Counted from the first letter of the whole stretch, positions 1 to 11,948 are shown. The stretch is DNA of 63,623 nt, filler included, from Intoshia linei (GCA_001642005.1; 5 parts of 5 records of this genome joined end to end with filler, not necessarily neighbours in it), one strand, 5' to 3'. Notes: generated by a model from the letters alone, not told the origin. A program made the numbers and translations.

Positions 1-258
1 ATTTTATAAATTCGTTGCTGTAGTGTTAAAATTTGAAGATTATAAAAAATGTTTAGAAAATGAAAATTTGTATGTCTGTATGTGTTTTTTTGAATTGTGT
101 GTAAGATGATTGGGAGCATAGACTAGTTTTGTATTTGCAAAGGAGATAAACCAAAAGGTCGTAAACCATGCTTAAAGAATTTATAAACGTTGACACCACA
201 CACCTGTTGATAATGATTATATGTTATTGATCAATATGTAATTTGAAAAATAAAATAC

Positions 259-614
259 ACGTCCAACTAGAGGAGTATTGAGTGTTCCCCATGTATCAGC
301 ATACCAGTGAACCAGACCGGATATAAAATCAGCAAAAATTATACCAAGAACTAAAAAAGATTATAAAGACAAACCATGACTCAAACATCATACCTGAATA
401 TATAAAGACGGTCAATATTTCGGTTTTAATGTTACAAAGGGTAAAATAACAGTTATGAACAATCAGACTAGAAGTTAACATGATTCCAATAATTTCTTGA
501 ATCCTTTTGCCTAAGAAATTTTTTCATTTTTATTTCTAAATAAAGCGTACCTTGAGTATATTGAGATGCCAAATAAGAGGCTCCACCAGTATGGATACTA
601 TTAGGTTCTTTCAT
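259..614 (-). CDS. PEDS1: Plasmanylethanolamine desaturase (TMEM189/Kua), first three exons; 3' part not visible
   Basis: Exons 614-551, 510-394 and 350-259 with 40- and 43-nt GT-AG introns splice to MKEPNSIHTGGASYLASQYTQGKRIQEIIGIMLTSSLIVHN...VLGIIFADFISGLVHWYADTWGTLNTPLVGR, matching TMEM189 motifs GKRLQE and ADFLSGLVHWGADTWG..PIVGK. Absent from the ORF track. Confidence 0.92.
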
Positions 615-1419
615 GTTTTAATGATTAAAGAATTATTTTAATAAAGTTGCCACAGTTCAAATAATAACAAGGTCGATTTTAAAAATTGTTTCTCAAGCTA
701 CCATATTCGAAATCAAGACATATTACAATTGTTTATTGATTAATCGAGTAATTAATTAGAATATAATGCCAATATTGATGTTATAAGTTGTCATATTTGT
801 GATAAAACTGAATCGGACATGCATGATGTATCTCCAATCTGTCATATGAGGTTGACATACTCTTGACAGTGAACAGTCATGACGTCTAACCAGAATAGTG
901 AAATATAAATGATGTAGTGATTAAAATGTCTTAACCCTTACGAGACTATGCTAATTTTCAAAATTGACAAATTTCAAATGTCATTGATTTGTAAAGTGAA
1001 CAACTTCAATTTGACTTTAATATTTGGCTAAGAATTAGCAATAAAATATATTTCATTTATGACACGCAATTACAATCACGTCATCTATTGTATTTCAACT
1101 ATAATTTATTTTATTGTTGACACAAAGTAAACATTGATAATAAAAATTACTGAATAGTGAATCACGAGGAACACGAGAAAACTCATTTTCAATTTAAACA
1201 ACGCATGATATTTCAATACAAATTTGTAACAAGATCATTTTATATTTAAGTGCATTTAATATTATGATACTTTCATGAGAAACAAGCTTATTATTTTTAA
1301 TTTCATGCTGCTCATTGAAAATATTAATAATTCTCAAAGCAACAATGTCAAATTTATTTATTTATATTTATTTATTTTGTTAGCTAATTTTTCTTATTTT
1401 TAATTTTTAAATTGAGTCT

Positions 1420-3110
1420 TTCTTTTTTTTATCAAACACAATGCAAAGCATTATTGCTTAATATCTGAAAAACAATTATCATTGAACAAATACAATGCAA
1501 AAAGGCATTTCTTAACGAAGCATAAGAATGTTGTTTCGAAAAATGACATATCTCAAAGAAATGCTTATAATAAAATGTCCGAGAAGTTTAATAACGCAAT
1601 AAAGGAAACTCAAAGAGATAAAATTGCATATAAAATAGCAGTGACTTTAACCAAGCACTGTAAGCCTTTCCAGGATTCTCTGTTTATTGAGGAATGCCTA
1701 GAACATATATCAAATCTAAAAATGCCCGAATCCACCAAAAAAATTTTATTGAAGCTGTCTCTTTCTCCTCAATCCATTACTAGAAGATTAGATGAAGTGG
1801 CTGGTAGTTTTGAAATTATACTAAAAAAACAAATGGAAAACTATACATATTTCTCCATATGTTTAGATGAAACTAATGATATTAGGGATATGGCTCAAAT
1901 TGCTGTCTTTGTTTGTATGATTAATGAAGAATTTTATGTATCTGAAGAAATGATGGGTATAGTTGCATTAATTGGTACAACGAAGGCACAGGATCTATAC
2001 AGCGCTGTCATTAATATATTTGAAACGTTGAATGGAAATATGATGAAGTTGACAGGAATTGTTACAGACGGCGCAGTTGCAATGATTGGTCAGCACAATG
2101 GAGTCGCTACGTTATTGAAAAAGTACGTATCGCATAATGGAAATGATAATATATCTTACCATTGCTACATACACCAACAAGCGCTATGCTCTCGAGTATG
2201 TGACATAAACGGTATATGTGAAGTAGTGAGAGCAATCAATTTTTTAAGGAGGCATGAGGCTAACCATCGACAATTTCAAACATTTTTAATAGTTGAATCT
2301 AATAGCGATTATAATGATTTATTATATTTTACAAATGCGAGATGGCTTTCTAAAGAGCGGATGCTGGAAAGATTTTATGATCTACTGCCGAAAGTAAAAT
2401 CATTTCTAGACTCAAAAAATAAACATTTTGCAGAGTTTTCAGATGCAATGTGGCTGTCTGATTTATTTTTTATGGTAGATATTACTTGTCACCTGAACAC
2501 TTTAAATTTAAAATTGCAAGGAAAGAATAAAATAATTACAGATTATTATGATATTGTGAATGCATTCGAATGTAAACTGTTTTTGTGGATTAATAATTTT
2601 GAAAATAATATTCTTGAACATTTCCCAAATTTCAAAGAAACATTTAAAAATGAAGGTTTATGTATATCAAAATATAATCAAATTTTGAAAAGCTTGAAAG
2701 AAGAATTTCATCGCAGATTTTCGGATTTAAGAAGTAATAATTTTAAATTTTTATTTATTTTAAAATTTATTTTTAAGTACATCAAATAGATTCTCCTTAT
2801 TTATCAAACCGTTCTCTTTAGAGCCTGATAATGTTTCTGTTGATTACCAATTAGACGTGATTGATTTTCAATCAAGTGAACTATTGAGAGACCGTTTTTA
2901 TAATATGGAATGTACGGAGTTTTATAGAAATTACTTGCCAGTTAAATATGTAAAACTTAAAGAAAATGCTTTGTGGGTTTTATCATTATTTGGAACAACT
3001 TACCTATGTGAACATTTATTTTCGTTGTTAAAAGTTATTAAGAGTGTAAAAAGAAGTTGCATCACTCAAAAAAATAATTCTAATTGTTTTCAACTATAAT
3101 CAACGAATTA
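1420..3110 (+). mobile_element. Decayed hAT (Buster/SPIN/Charlie, GTF2IRD2-like) transposase
   Basis: ORF 1482-2789 has FSICLDETND, TDGAVAM, HCYIHQQALC and RWLS motifs, plus a degenerate N-terminal zinc finger (CLISEK..NAKRHFLTKH). The C-terminal dimerisation motif SLFGTTYLCEHLFS lies in another frame (2857-3099), and there is no true ATG, so it is probably non-functional. Confidence 0.92.
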
Positions 3111-3785
3111 TACAATTGAACAGTTACTTGATAGTTTAACATTATAAATTTGAATTCAATGTTTTATTTTTATATAAATTGTAAACATCATTTATTAGTG
3201 TATTGCCTCAATTTAGTTTTTGTTGTATTTTAATACCTATAAAATGACATTCTATTCGTGTTAACTATCAACACGAAGTTTACGACACTAATACATGAAA
3301 AGTATATAATAAACTTTAATTTCACAAGTTCCTCATTTTTCATTTTTTTAAAATTTAACTTGGCTAGCACTGTTCTATACTATACGGAGCATACTTTTCA
3401 AAAACTTTATTCTTTTATTCTCATCCATTTTCACATTGGTAATTTAAAAATTATACAAGTTTAAATTAAAACATAAATTCCAGACAGTGAAAGGGTTAAA
3501 AGTTTAACAGTTTTCAATGATTTGGCTGAATCGATGTATTTTTTATTTCGAAATGTATTCAAATGAACACATAACATCAACATTTAGAAATAACGTATAC
3601 AAAATATAGATAGGTTGCCTATCTCATTGCTGATTAACTTTTCGTCTGTTGATAAAACTTTATACAGCAAATACATAGAAATAATTTCATAGAAACGCAA
3701 CAATCAGCAATTGTAAAAAAATAATAAAGTATATTTGAATTTTAATATACATTAATATAGAGTACGACAGAATTTTAATTTTATT

Positions 3786-6700
3786 ATGGTAATTTTTGTA
3801 ATAATTTAAAAATGTCGGGCTTTTGCAAACAGATTTAAAATTTTATATAAATACAATCTATTGATCTAATTTTAATAGAACAACACTACCAACGGAATGA
3901 AAGATAATCCTACCCAAATACCTATTGTATATTTTATAATTATTTTAATGAAAACTGAAATTATGAATTTTTTTAGAAAAACTGGAATTGTCGATCAAAA
4001 AAATCAATTACATATATTGAAGATTCTGACGAAGAAGATAAAATGTATACAATGCATTTGTGGTTTTTTAGTATTCATTTTTAGTAAACCGATACCGAGA
4101 AAACGATTGTCTAAGAATCGTAAAGATTTAGACGAATTTGATATGTAATTGTTAACATTTTTAGTTTTATTGTTCATTTAGAAAACCTAAAAAAATAAAA
4201 AAGAAAACTGATTTAAAATACAGAGGAAGGTAGTTGATGTTTTCATTTTTAGTTCATTATAATGAAAATTATTACAATTTTTTTATAAAGTTTTTAGTCT
4301 TGGAGAATCTGGAGACGTCAAAATAAAAACAGAATATAAACCCAACATTGATGTTAAACTTGACGTTAAAAAGAATCTTATTCCTAAATCTAATTCAGAC
4401 ATGAAGGTATATTCCGTATACAAAATATAATGATAATTTAGGTTAACTTCAAGGGTAAAAAGGGTAAAGATATCAAAGTGGACCCTAAATGGAAATGGTT
4501 AGTTAATATTTATAGCAGGCATCAGCAATTATGATGAGTGTGTCAGATTAATTTATCGTTGAAGCAAAAACATCGAAAGTTATGTTGAAAAAATGTTGCA
4601 TTTTGTTGAACAGTGTTAACTAAAAAACTAAATTGGAATTATTTTTAAAATGTAACTTCAAAATGATATCAAATGATTAATCTCACCCACACGTCGTAAA
4701 CGATTTCTAACTTTTCATTTTAATTAATTTTTAATTCATAGGTGGGAGGAAACGAGACAAGATAGTGACGTAAAGTGGACGTTTCTTGAACACAAAGGTG
4801 CAGTATTTGCACCACCTTACGAAAGAATTCCGGAGAATGTTTTATTTTATTATGATGATAAAGTAATGCGTCTCAGTCAAAATACTGAAGAAGTTGCTAC
4901 TTTTTATGCACGGATGATCACCCACGATTATGCTCAGAATGAAGTTTTTAATCGAAATTTTATGAATGATTGGAAAAAGGTGAAATTTTATTATCTTACC
5001 GTTATAAAATTTTTTTTGTAGGTCATGACCCAGGAAGAACGTAAAATCATTAAAGATTTATCCAAATGCAATTTTCAAAAAATTTATGATCATTTCGGTA
5101 AGCTTTGTTTATTTAATTTAATTATTAACTAACTTGTCTGTGATATACTTTGTACAACAGTGGCTATACCGCTTTACCGATGGCGGATTTTTTCAGATCT
5201 ATCAAATTTTATAATTCCGTTCAGAGAAGAACCTACCGTATTCGGGGAGGTAATGAGCTTATACGAAATTTTTTAAACGAAATAAGGCCTCATTTAACAA
5301 ATTATATTTTTTATAATCCTTACTTATATAAAGTAAAATTGATAAAAATGTATGTCTATTTATTTAAGAAAGTAAAGGGATTCGAGTTTTACAAATTCCA
5401 TACTTATAACAGTTTTTCCAGAGTTATGTTTTATCGCAAATTTCAATTTCAGAAATTGAGTCCTTCAAGGTTAAAAACCCCAATTGTCCTTTGTTTTTAA
5501 ATTCAAACCCTTCATAGTATTATAAAAATTACACGTTCTAATGAAAAGTTTTAAATTTATCAATATTGTGATAATTTTCAATTTTAAAATCTTATATCTT
5601 CACGGCCAAAACCTCAAATTACCCTTTTTTGTAAAAATTAAGAAAGTCTTATAATTTTATACGACATAAATTCTGGAATGTTCTTCTTATGAGGTTACCC
5701 CACAGCGGTAGGCAAAATCTACTCTCCTCTCCGTTAAAAATGAATAAAAAGGTCTACCAGGGTAAAATAAGTATTATCGCTTTGCCTTTGAACCCTCTCT
5801 TCCTATGAGGTTATTTCAAAAACCCAAAAAACCCTTTTTTTAAATCAAAACAGCGATAGAATTTTAAAAAAAATTACAGATGATAGTTATATTCACTTAA
5901 CACACACAAAAAATTTCAATCTGATTAAGTCCTGATCGTCTTCATGGTCAATAATTAATTATTTTTTTTTATTTTGAAACTATTTTATTAAAACTAAAAA
6001 TTTGAAACATTTCCAATAGACATATGGGTGAAAATCTATATAATTCATTTCTTCGGAATTTTTTCGGTTATTTATTATATTATTATTCATGACTCATGAG
6101 GCTACTAAATAATTGACATTTTTTTAATGAAAATTTAGTTTTAAAATCGGAAGAAAGAAAAGCAATGACAAAAGAACAAAAAACTGTAATTAAAGAACAA
6201 AACTTGAAATTGATTGAAGATTACGGCTTCTGTATAATGGATGGTCATAAAGAAAAAATTGGTAATTTCAGAATAGAACCACCCGGTTTATTCCGTGGCA
6301 GAGGAAACCACCCCAAAATGGGAATGTTAAAGAAGCGCGTCGAAGCAGAACAAGTAATTATAAATTGTTCAAAGGATAGTAAAATACCACCCCCACCTCC
6401 CAATCACAAATGGAAAGAAGTCCGCCACGACAATTCAGTAAGTTGGCTCGCATGTTGGAATGAAAACATTCAAGGTTCCACAAAGTACATCATGTTGAAC
6501 GCAGCATCAAAGCTTAAAGGTGAAAAGGACTGGAAAAAGTATGAATTAAGTAGAGGTTTGCATAAAATAATTAATAAAATTCGCGAATCGTACATGAAAG
6601 ATTTTCAGCACACAGAAATGAAAATTCGTCAAAGAGCCGTAGCAATGTATTTCATTGATAAATTAGCTTTGAGAGCTGGAAACGAAAAAGACGACGATGA

Positions 6701-7544
6701 AAGTGCAGACACTGTGGGTTGCTGCTCATTACGTGTAGAGCACATTAAACTTCATGAAACATGGAACGATCAAAAACGTGTAATTGAGTTTGACTTTCTC
6801 GGTAAAGACTCTATTCGTTATCATAACCACGTGAATGTGCTCAAACGAGTATACAAAAATATTGAATTATTTATGAAGAACAAAAAACCATCGGATAGCC
6901 TGTTTGATCGAATTGATACTACACATTTAAATAAACATTTAAATTCTTTCATGTCTGGTTTAACCGCAAAGGTGTTTCGAACCTACAATGCGTCCCTCAC
7001 TTTAAGTCAACAGTTGGACCAATTTACTGAACCAGAATCTTCTATACCTGCCCTACTTTTATCTTATAATCGTTCTAATCGAGCTGTCGCTATACTTTGT
7101 AACCACCAGCGGGCAATACCAAAAAATTTTGACAAACAAATGGAAAATTTGGATCAAAAAATTATTTCTAAAAAGAATCAAATTTCAGACACCGTTGAAG
7201 AAGCTAGATCTATAAAAAACGATTTTAAAATGAATAGCTGTGATAAAAATCGTGTGGCTTACGAAAAAAAGAAAAAGGCTGTTGCCCGATTCAAAGAACA
7301 ATTAAACAAGCTTACAGTACAACGGACAGATCGCGATGAAAATAAGGAAATTGCTCTGGGAACCTCCAAATTAAACTACCTTGACCCTAGAATTTCTGTA
7401 GCATGGTGTAAAAAGAATAATGTTGCCATTGAAAAAATTTACAATAAAACTCAACGTGATAAATTTTGTTGGGCTATAGAAATGGTACAAAATGATGATA
7501 GGGATTTTGTTTACATTGAAAACTATAATGTCAACAAAATGTAA
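3786..7544 (+). CDS. TOP1: DNA topoisomerase I (type IB), multi-exon
   Basis: The ATG-only exon 3786-3788 and a phase-compatible chain of small exons from 3879 lead into WKWWEE...KWTFLEHKGAVFAPPYE. The terminal exon 6139-7544 has EPPGLFRGRG, LRAGNEKD, FLGKDS, AKVFRTYNAS, CNHQR and the catalytic SKLNYLDPR. The exact N-terminal exons are less certain than the core. Confidence 0.97.
5317..5950 (+). mobile_element. Helitron-like dispersed repeat copy in the TOP1 intron 5098-6138
   Basis: Begins A|TCCTTACTTATATAA. Its internal blocks recur at about 19.5, 26.5-28.2, 45.8-46.5, 53.7-54.3 and 61.0-61.5 kb. Confidence 0.6.
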
Positions 7545-7770
7545 CTTTTATTACATTTATGTAAATTTATGCAATTTTCCGATAGAAAAGTTTATTTTAC
7601 TTGTTTATTAAACAGTTTTACTATTCAAGATTATTTATTTCAGGAGGATACTAACCCTTATAATTTATTTTCCTTTAGAGGTCTAAGAACTTTATACTTA
7701 ATTTACATGGATAAAGGTTGCTTTGTACATTTTTAAAAAATTTATTGTAAATTGGATTAATTTAACACTT

Positions 7771-8654
7771 TCATTTTAGTACAAACCTCTTGAGGCAATT
7801 TTTAACGCGAATGTCAAATTCTTTATTTGTTATTGGTTCATTAAATTGGTAAAACGGGTTTAAGGTAACCTGATAAAATGTAATTAAGTTATACTTTTGC
7901 ATACTTTTAAAAATCCATCAAATATCTCAATAAACAAGGAACGAATTGATTCTTCATTTAGTTGAGTGTTTAGCAATATGAATCGGTGGTCTAATTGTAG
8001 ATTAACTACCATCATATTTAATTTAACTGCTTGGTGTCAAAAAGGCGTAGACGAGCCAACCATTTGAACTTTCCACTATGCCCAAGTACATTTGATTGGA
8101 ACTCAAACTTTTTTCCATTATTACATCCATCGAGGCGTACGCCGTGACTTGTTGTAAATTCATTCTTTCGTCGGGCTATAGAATATATAAATATAAGAGT
8201 ATATAAACCAGTCAATTGGCCCACCTAAATATTACGGATTATGAGTGGCTTAATAGGGTTTTTCCGATTGATAATCTTGATGAATTGATTTTTATTGCGT
8301 ATTTACGAACTTAAATATATTGTGCTAGCAAAAGTTTTATAAATCAAAATTATAAAAGGTATTTTACATTTATTTTCAGTCGTGACCTAAAGGTATGCCA
8401 ATTTATCGGTGGAGAGGGTATTAACACGTTTAAATGATATGAGATTAAATTTCCCATGCCACACTTATATTGGAAGTGTTTTCAGTTGTAGTTATTAACT
8501 TAATATTTTGGAGTAAACGTAACTGCACTTTTGAATATTTTACATTTTTAGTGCGACAAGAAATGTTTACCTTATCAAACTCCATATTAATGCAATTTGT
8601 CTCGTATATTAAATTGTCGTTGGATGAAACTATTACAAAGTATACGCTAGTCAT
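7771..8654 (-). CDS. TRAPPC2: TRAPP complex subunit 2 (sedlin), four exons
   Basis: Splices to MTSVYFVIVSSNDNLIYE...|PDERMNLQQVTAYASMDVIMEKSLSSNQMYLGIVESSNGWLVYAFLTPS|NHRFILLNTQLNEESIRSLFIEIFDGFLK|VTLNPFYQFNEPITNKEFDIRVKNCLKRFVLK*. Matches sedlin motifs YFVIVG..DNP, NMYL and NPFY..N.PI...FD. Confidence 0.88.
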
Positions 8655-8778
8655 TTTTTAAACATCAGTAATGATAAAGTTTATTGGGTTATCTTGTTTA
8701 TTTTCATTAGTTGTAGTTTTGGCAATATAGGTTTTTTCTGTTATTTTAATTTTATTTTCTATTTAGGTGCATCTAATT
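8655..8778. promoter_or_regulatory. Putative bidirectional promoter/5' UTR region
   Basis: Only 124 bp separate the divergent start codons of TRAPPC2 (8654) and RABGGTA (8779). No specific core motif was identified. Confidence 0.5.
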
Positions 8779-11281
8779 ATGGTAATATTTTTATTTTTTC
8801 ATCAATGACTTTATTTAAATGCACTCATCCAAATTTTAAATTTGAGAATGGTGAATGAGCAATGTACCCCTAATTTTTAGAACTTTATCTGATTAAAATC
8901 TTTATTCTATGCACAAATTTTTTTATTTTTTTTTATGGTAATAATCGATCCTACCTTTAGTTTAGGTTCTGAAAAATTACTGTGCACTAAAAAGTAGTAT
9001 TATATAATCAGTTTCAATGTTAGCATGGAATATCCAGAAACAATGAAAAATATAACAAAGAATTGACTAAAGAAGATACAGATAAGGCCAAGTTGTTTTT
9101 CGATACAATCGATGACTTAAATAAAGCGGTGACTACTTTTTATTAAAAATTATTCAAATTTTAGTATGATATTAATGACAAAAAGGTTACATGGAACGCT
9201 TTGAGTAAATTCAAAAAGTATAGTTATAATCTTTTGAAATTGAATCCAGACATACTAATTGCTTGGTCTACTAGAAAGAAAATTTTGAATCTCATTATAA
9301 CCAGGGATATCATGTAATTCTATGTATATTGTACAATTTACAATTAAATGACCCTAATCTTTGAAAGTACCGGACATGGATTCATGTACCTGAGTTTACA
9401 CTTGATTATTAGACTTGTCAAACTTAATTATATGACATTTTTAGCCAAGAGATAAAAGAACAGTTCAAAGAAGAGTTTGGTATAATAGATGGTGCATTGA
9501 TGGAAAATATAAAATCATACAATGCATGGTCTTATAGACAATGGTGTATGACTCAGCTGTTTAATTTTGATAATCCAGAAAAAATATACGATTATTCCTC
9601 TGAAAAGAATTTATTTAATAAAGTATTTGAATTTGATGCTAGAAATTTTCATTGTTGGGACTATTTTCGATTTTTTAGTAACATTTCAAAAAATGAAATT
9701 TTTCTAAAAGATCAAGTTAACAAATTAATCACTAAAGATTTTTCCAATTTTTCTGCTTGGTTTCAAAACTCAATTAATTCGTCGACAAAATGTCCTAATG
9801 AATATAACCTAAAATATCTTGATCGAGGTTTAATTTATTAAGTTATTGTCAATTTGTATTATACATTTTATAGATCTGGAAATGGTCAACAATGCAATTT
9901 ATATGGATTCTAATGATCAGAGTAGTTGGATTTATTTAAATTGGTTAATTGGACAAGGTTTATTAAACCATGTATTCATTTTAGTTTTTAGTTTCAAATA
10001 GTAAATCTATCATGCCCATTTGTGTCTTCAATAAAAAAAAAGCAAAGTTTGTCTTTTGGAATCTAGTACTAGTAATATTTTAATTATGAAATACGGTTTA
10101 TTAAATTTCAAGTTTTTATAATTTTTTCAGTTTGTTCGTATGTCTACAATTATAAAAGATTGGTGTTTTGTTTTTTTGGGAGGAATTTTTTTAAATAGAT
10201 ATTATAGAAATAAATAAAATAAATTACTCTAGTTAGAAGTATGAAACTCAGCTTAATTTAAGAAGTTGTAAATATTGATTAATTTTTATTGTGAAAAATT
10301 GATTAACATTGTAAATAATTTTCAAAACTGATGTATTTGATCGATGTGGTGCAGAAATATAAAATTAACGTTATGCTTTTTCGTATATTGATATTCTTCT
10401 TCAATTGTGAATTATTATTAATGGGTGTCTACTTAAATCCAACCATTTTTACTAAAAATCAAAATTTACCAACACTAAAAGGAAAAATCCAGTTTTACCA
10501 ACCATTTAGGGAAAATTCCAGTTTTATTAACTTTTAAGGGAAATGTGGATTTTCCGTTATAGGTTAGTAAAACTCGATTTTTCCATTAAAGGTTGGTAAA
10601 AGTGGATTTTTAGTAAAAATGGTTGGAAATAAGTAAAAATAGTTGGATTTTAGTAAAAATGGTTGGGTTTAAAAATATTCTCATTATTCATTATTATTAT
10701 TGTGAAAATTAATAGAATATCTTAATAACTTTTAAAAAAGAAAGTTTAGAAAACGTTGTTTTATATACAACAATTTAGGTAGATAGTATGAAATTTGTAA
10801 TATATTATAAAAATGCTAAAGATACTGTGACAGGAGATTATATTAAACCATCGGAAACTACTTTTTTTTGCGTAATTTATTAGTAGACATTATAAAAAAA
10901 TAGATTTAGGAATTCAATTATAATTATAGATTTGAGTCTATGCAGAAATGTGAATTTATTATTACATATGGATGTAATGATAAGCAATATTATGAAAGAT
11001 TTGTCGTTTTTGATAATTCACAAGAGGAAAATAATTATGAACAGTTTGAGAAGGACGGTTTGGTTCGTATGAATTTATCGAGGTATTCTATAATTTCAGT
11101 GTCAAAATGTTAAATGTGATGCAAGTGGTTTGTGGATGGTGATTATACATTAAGGTGTTAATATTTTGATTGAATTTTAGAAATTAAAAAAAACCAGGGT
11201 CGTACGGCATGAGAAATGAGTTTAAATTAACCTCTATGATTTTAGTTTTTTATATTATTGCAAAAACATCAGACTACTCAG
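8779..11281 (+). CDS. RABGGTA: Rab geranylgeranyltransferase alpha subunit; 3' end uncertain
   Basis: ATG|gtaata spliced to 9024 gives MHG.... PPTA repeats follow: LNPDILIAWSTRKKIL, ENIKSYNAWSYRQW, FDARNFHCWDYFRF, KDFSNFSAWF and DLEMVNNAIYMDSNDQSSWIYLNWLIG. Further small exons at about 9.99-11.28 kb are plausible but not resolved. Confidence 0.88.
10421..10685. mobile_element. Palindromic MITE-like element with ~31-bp internal subrepeats, in a RABGGTA intron
   Basis: Left ATGGGTGTCTACTTAAATCCAACCATTTTTACTAAAAATC is inverted at the right as TTTTAGTAAAAATGGTTGGGTTTAAAAATATTCTCAT. A shorter copy in the opposite orientation lies at 58731-58813. Confidence 0.75.
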
Positions 11282-11604
11282 GTATTTAAAATTACCCGTT
11301 TAAATTTGAAAGTAACTTTATTTTCATAGTAAAATGTTATCAAAATTTGTAACAAATATAAAATTAATGCATATAATTTAAAATTAATATTGTCGCGTCG
11401 TTTTATAAAATTGAAATAATCAATAAATCATCTAAATTAAACTAGCGTTATTATTAACAAATTCTTATCATGCAACTTTATTAAAATAGTTACACGAATC
11501 GTCCACGTCACTTTTACAAATATATTCTATGAAAAGCTTTAATTTATAATTTTTTGTATTCAATAAATTATTGTTACATTACTCATTACAATTATAAATT
11601 AAAA

Positions 11605-11848
11605 ATGAGCGATCAAATGCTAGATGTAAAACCAACAAATTTTGTTCTTCCAATGCCTAAATTTTCAAAATCGAATGTAGTGACATGAGGAAAATTGATT
11701 AGATTATGGAGTGAATCTTGCCCAGCACCCCAATCGGATCAGGTCAAACTCATAATATTTAATCTTGAAATTAGTTTACAAGAGCTTCTACTAAAGGAAA
11801 AACTTCCAGTCGATGTCAATGAATTGGTTATTCAAGTTAAACAGATGG
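11605..11848 (+). pseudogene. Possible retrotransposon gag-like remnant running into a gap
   Basis: MSDQMLDVKPTNFVLPMPKFSKSNVVT*GKLIRLW...QVKLIIFNL resembles the P.F.....W gag N-terminal pattern, with TGA at the expected Trp. Upstream TGTAAC...GTTACA (11348-11494) could be LTR-like termini, but no PBS was seen. Confidence 0.35.
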
Positions 11849-11948
11849 NNNNNNNNNNNNNNNNNNNNNNNNNNNNNNNNNNNNNNNNNNNNTTAATTAA
11901 TTAANNNNNNNNNNNNNNNNNNNNNNNNNNNNNNNNNNNNNNNNNNNN
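11849..11948. other. Scaffold gap with artificial six-frame-stop spacer
   Basis: 44 N + TTAATTAATTAA + 44 N. Confidence 0.98.

Noticed and set aside
2-108. FEDYKKCLEN peptide resembling a Polinton/Maverick polymerase C-terminus
   Set aside because: Short, with no other pPolB motifs, and it lies in AT-rich repeat-like sequence downstream of PEDS1 exon 3.
259-7544. PEDS1 next to TOP1, both on human 20q
   Set aside because: The human genes are megabases apart, and a single pair cannot establish conserved synteny.
11893-11904. Palindromic TTAATTAATTAA repeated four times in the window (also 28793, 47941, 54659)
   Set aside because: Always centred in 44+44 N. It is an artificial contig spacer with stops in all frames, and ORFs running through it are artefacts.
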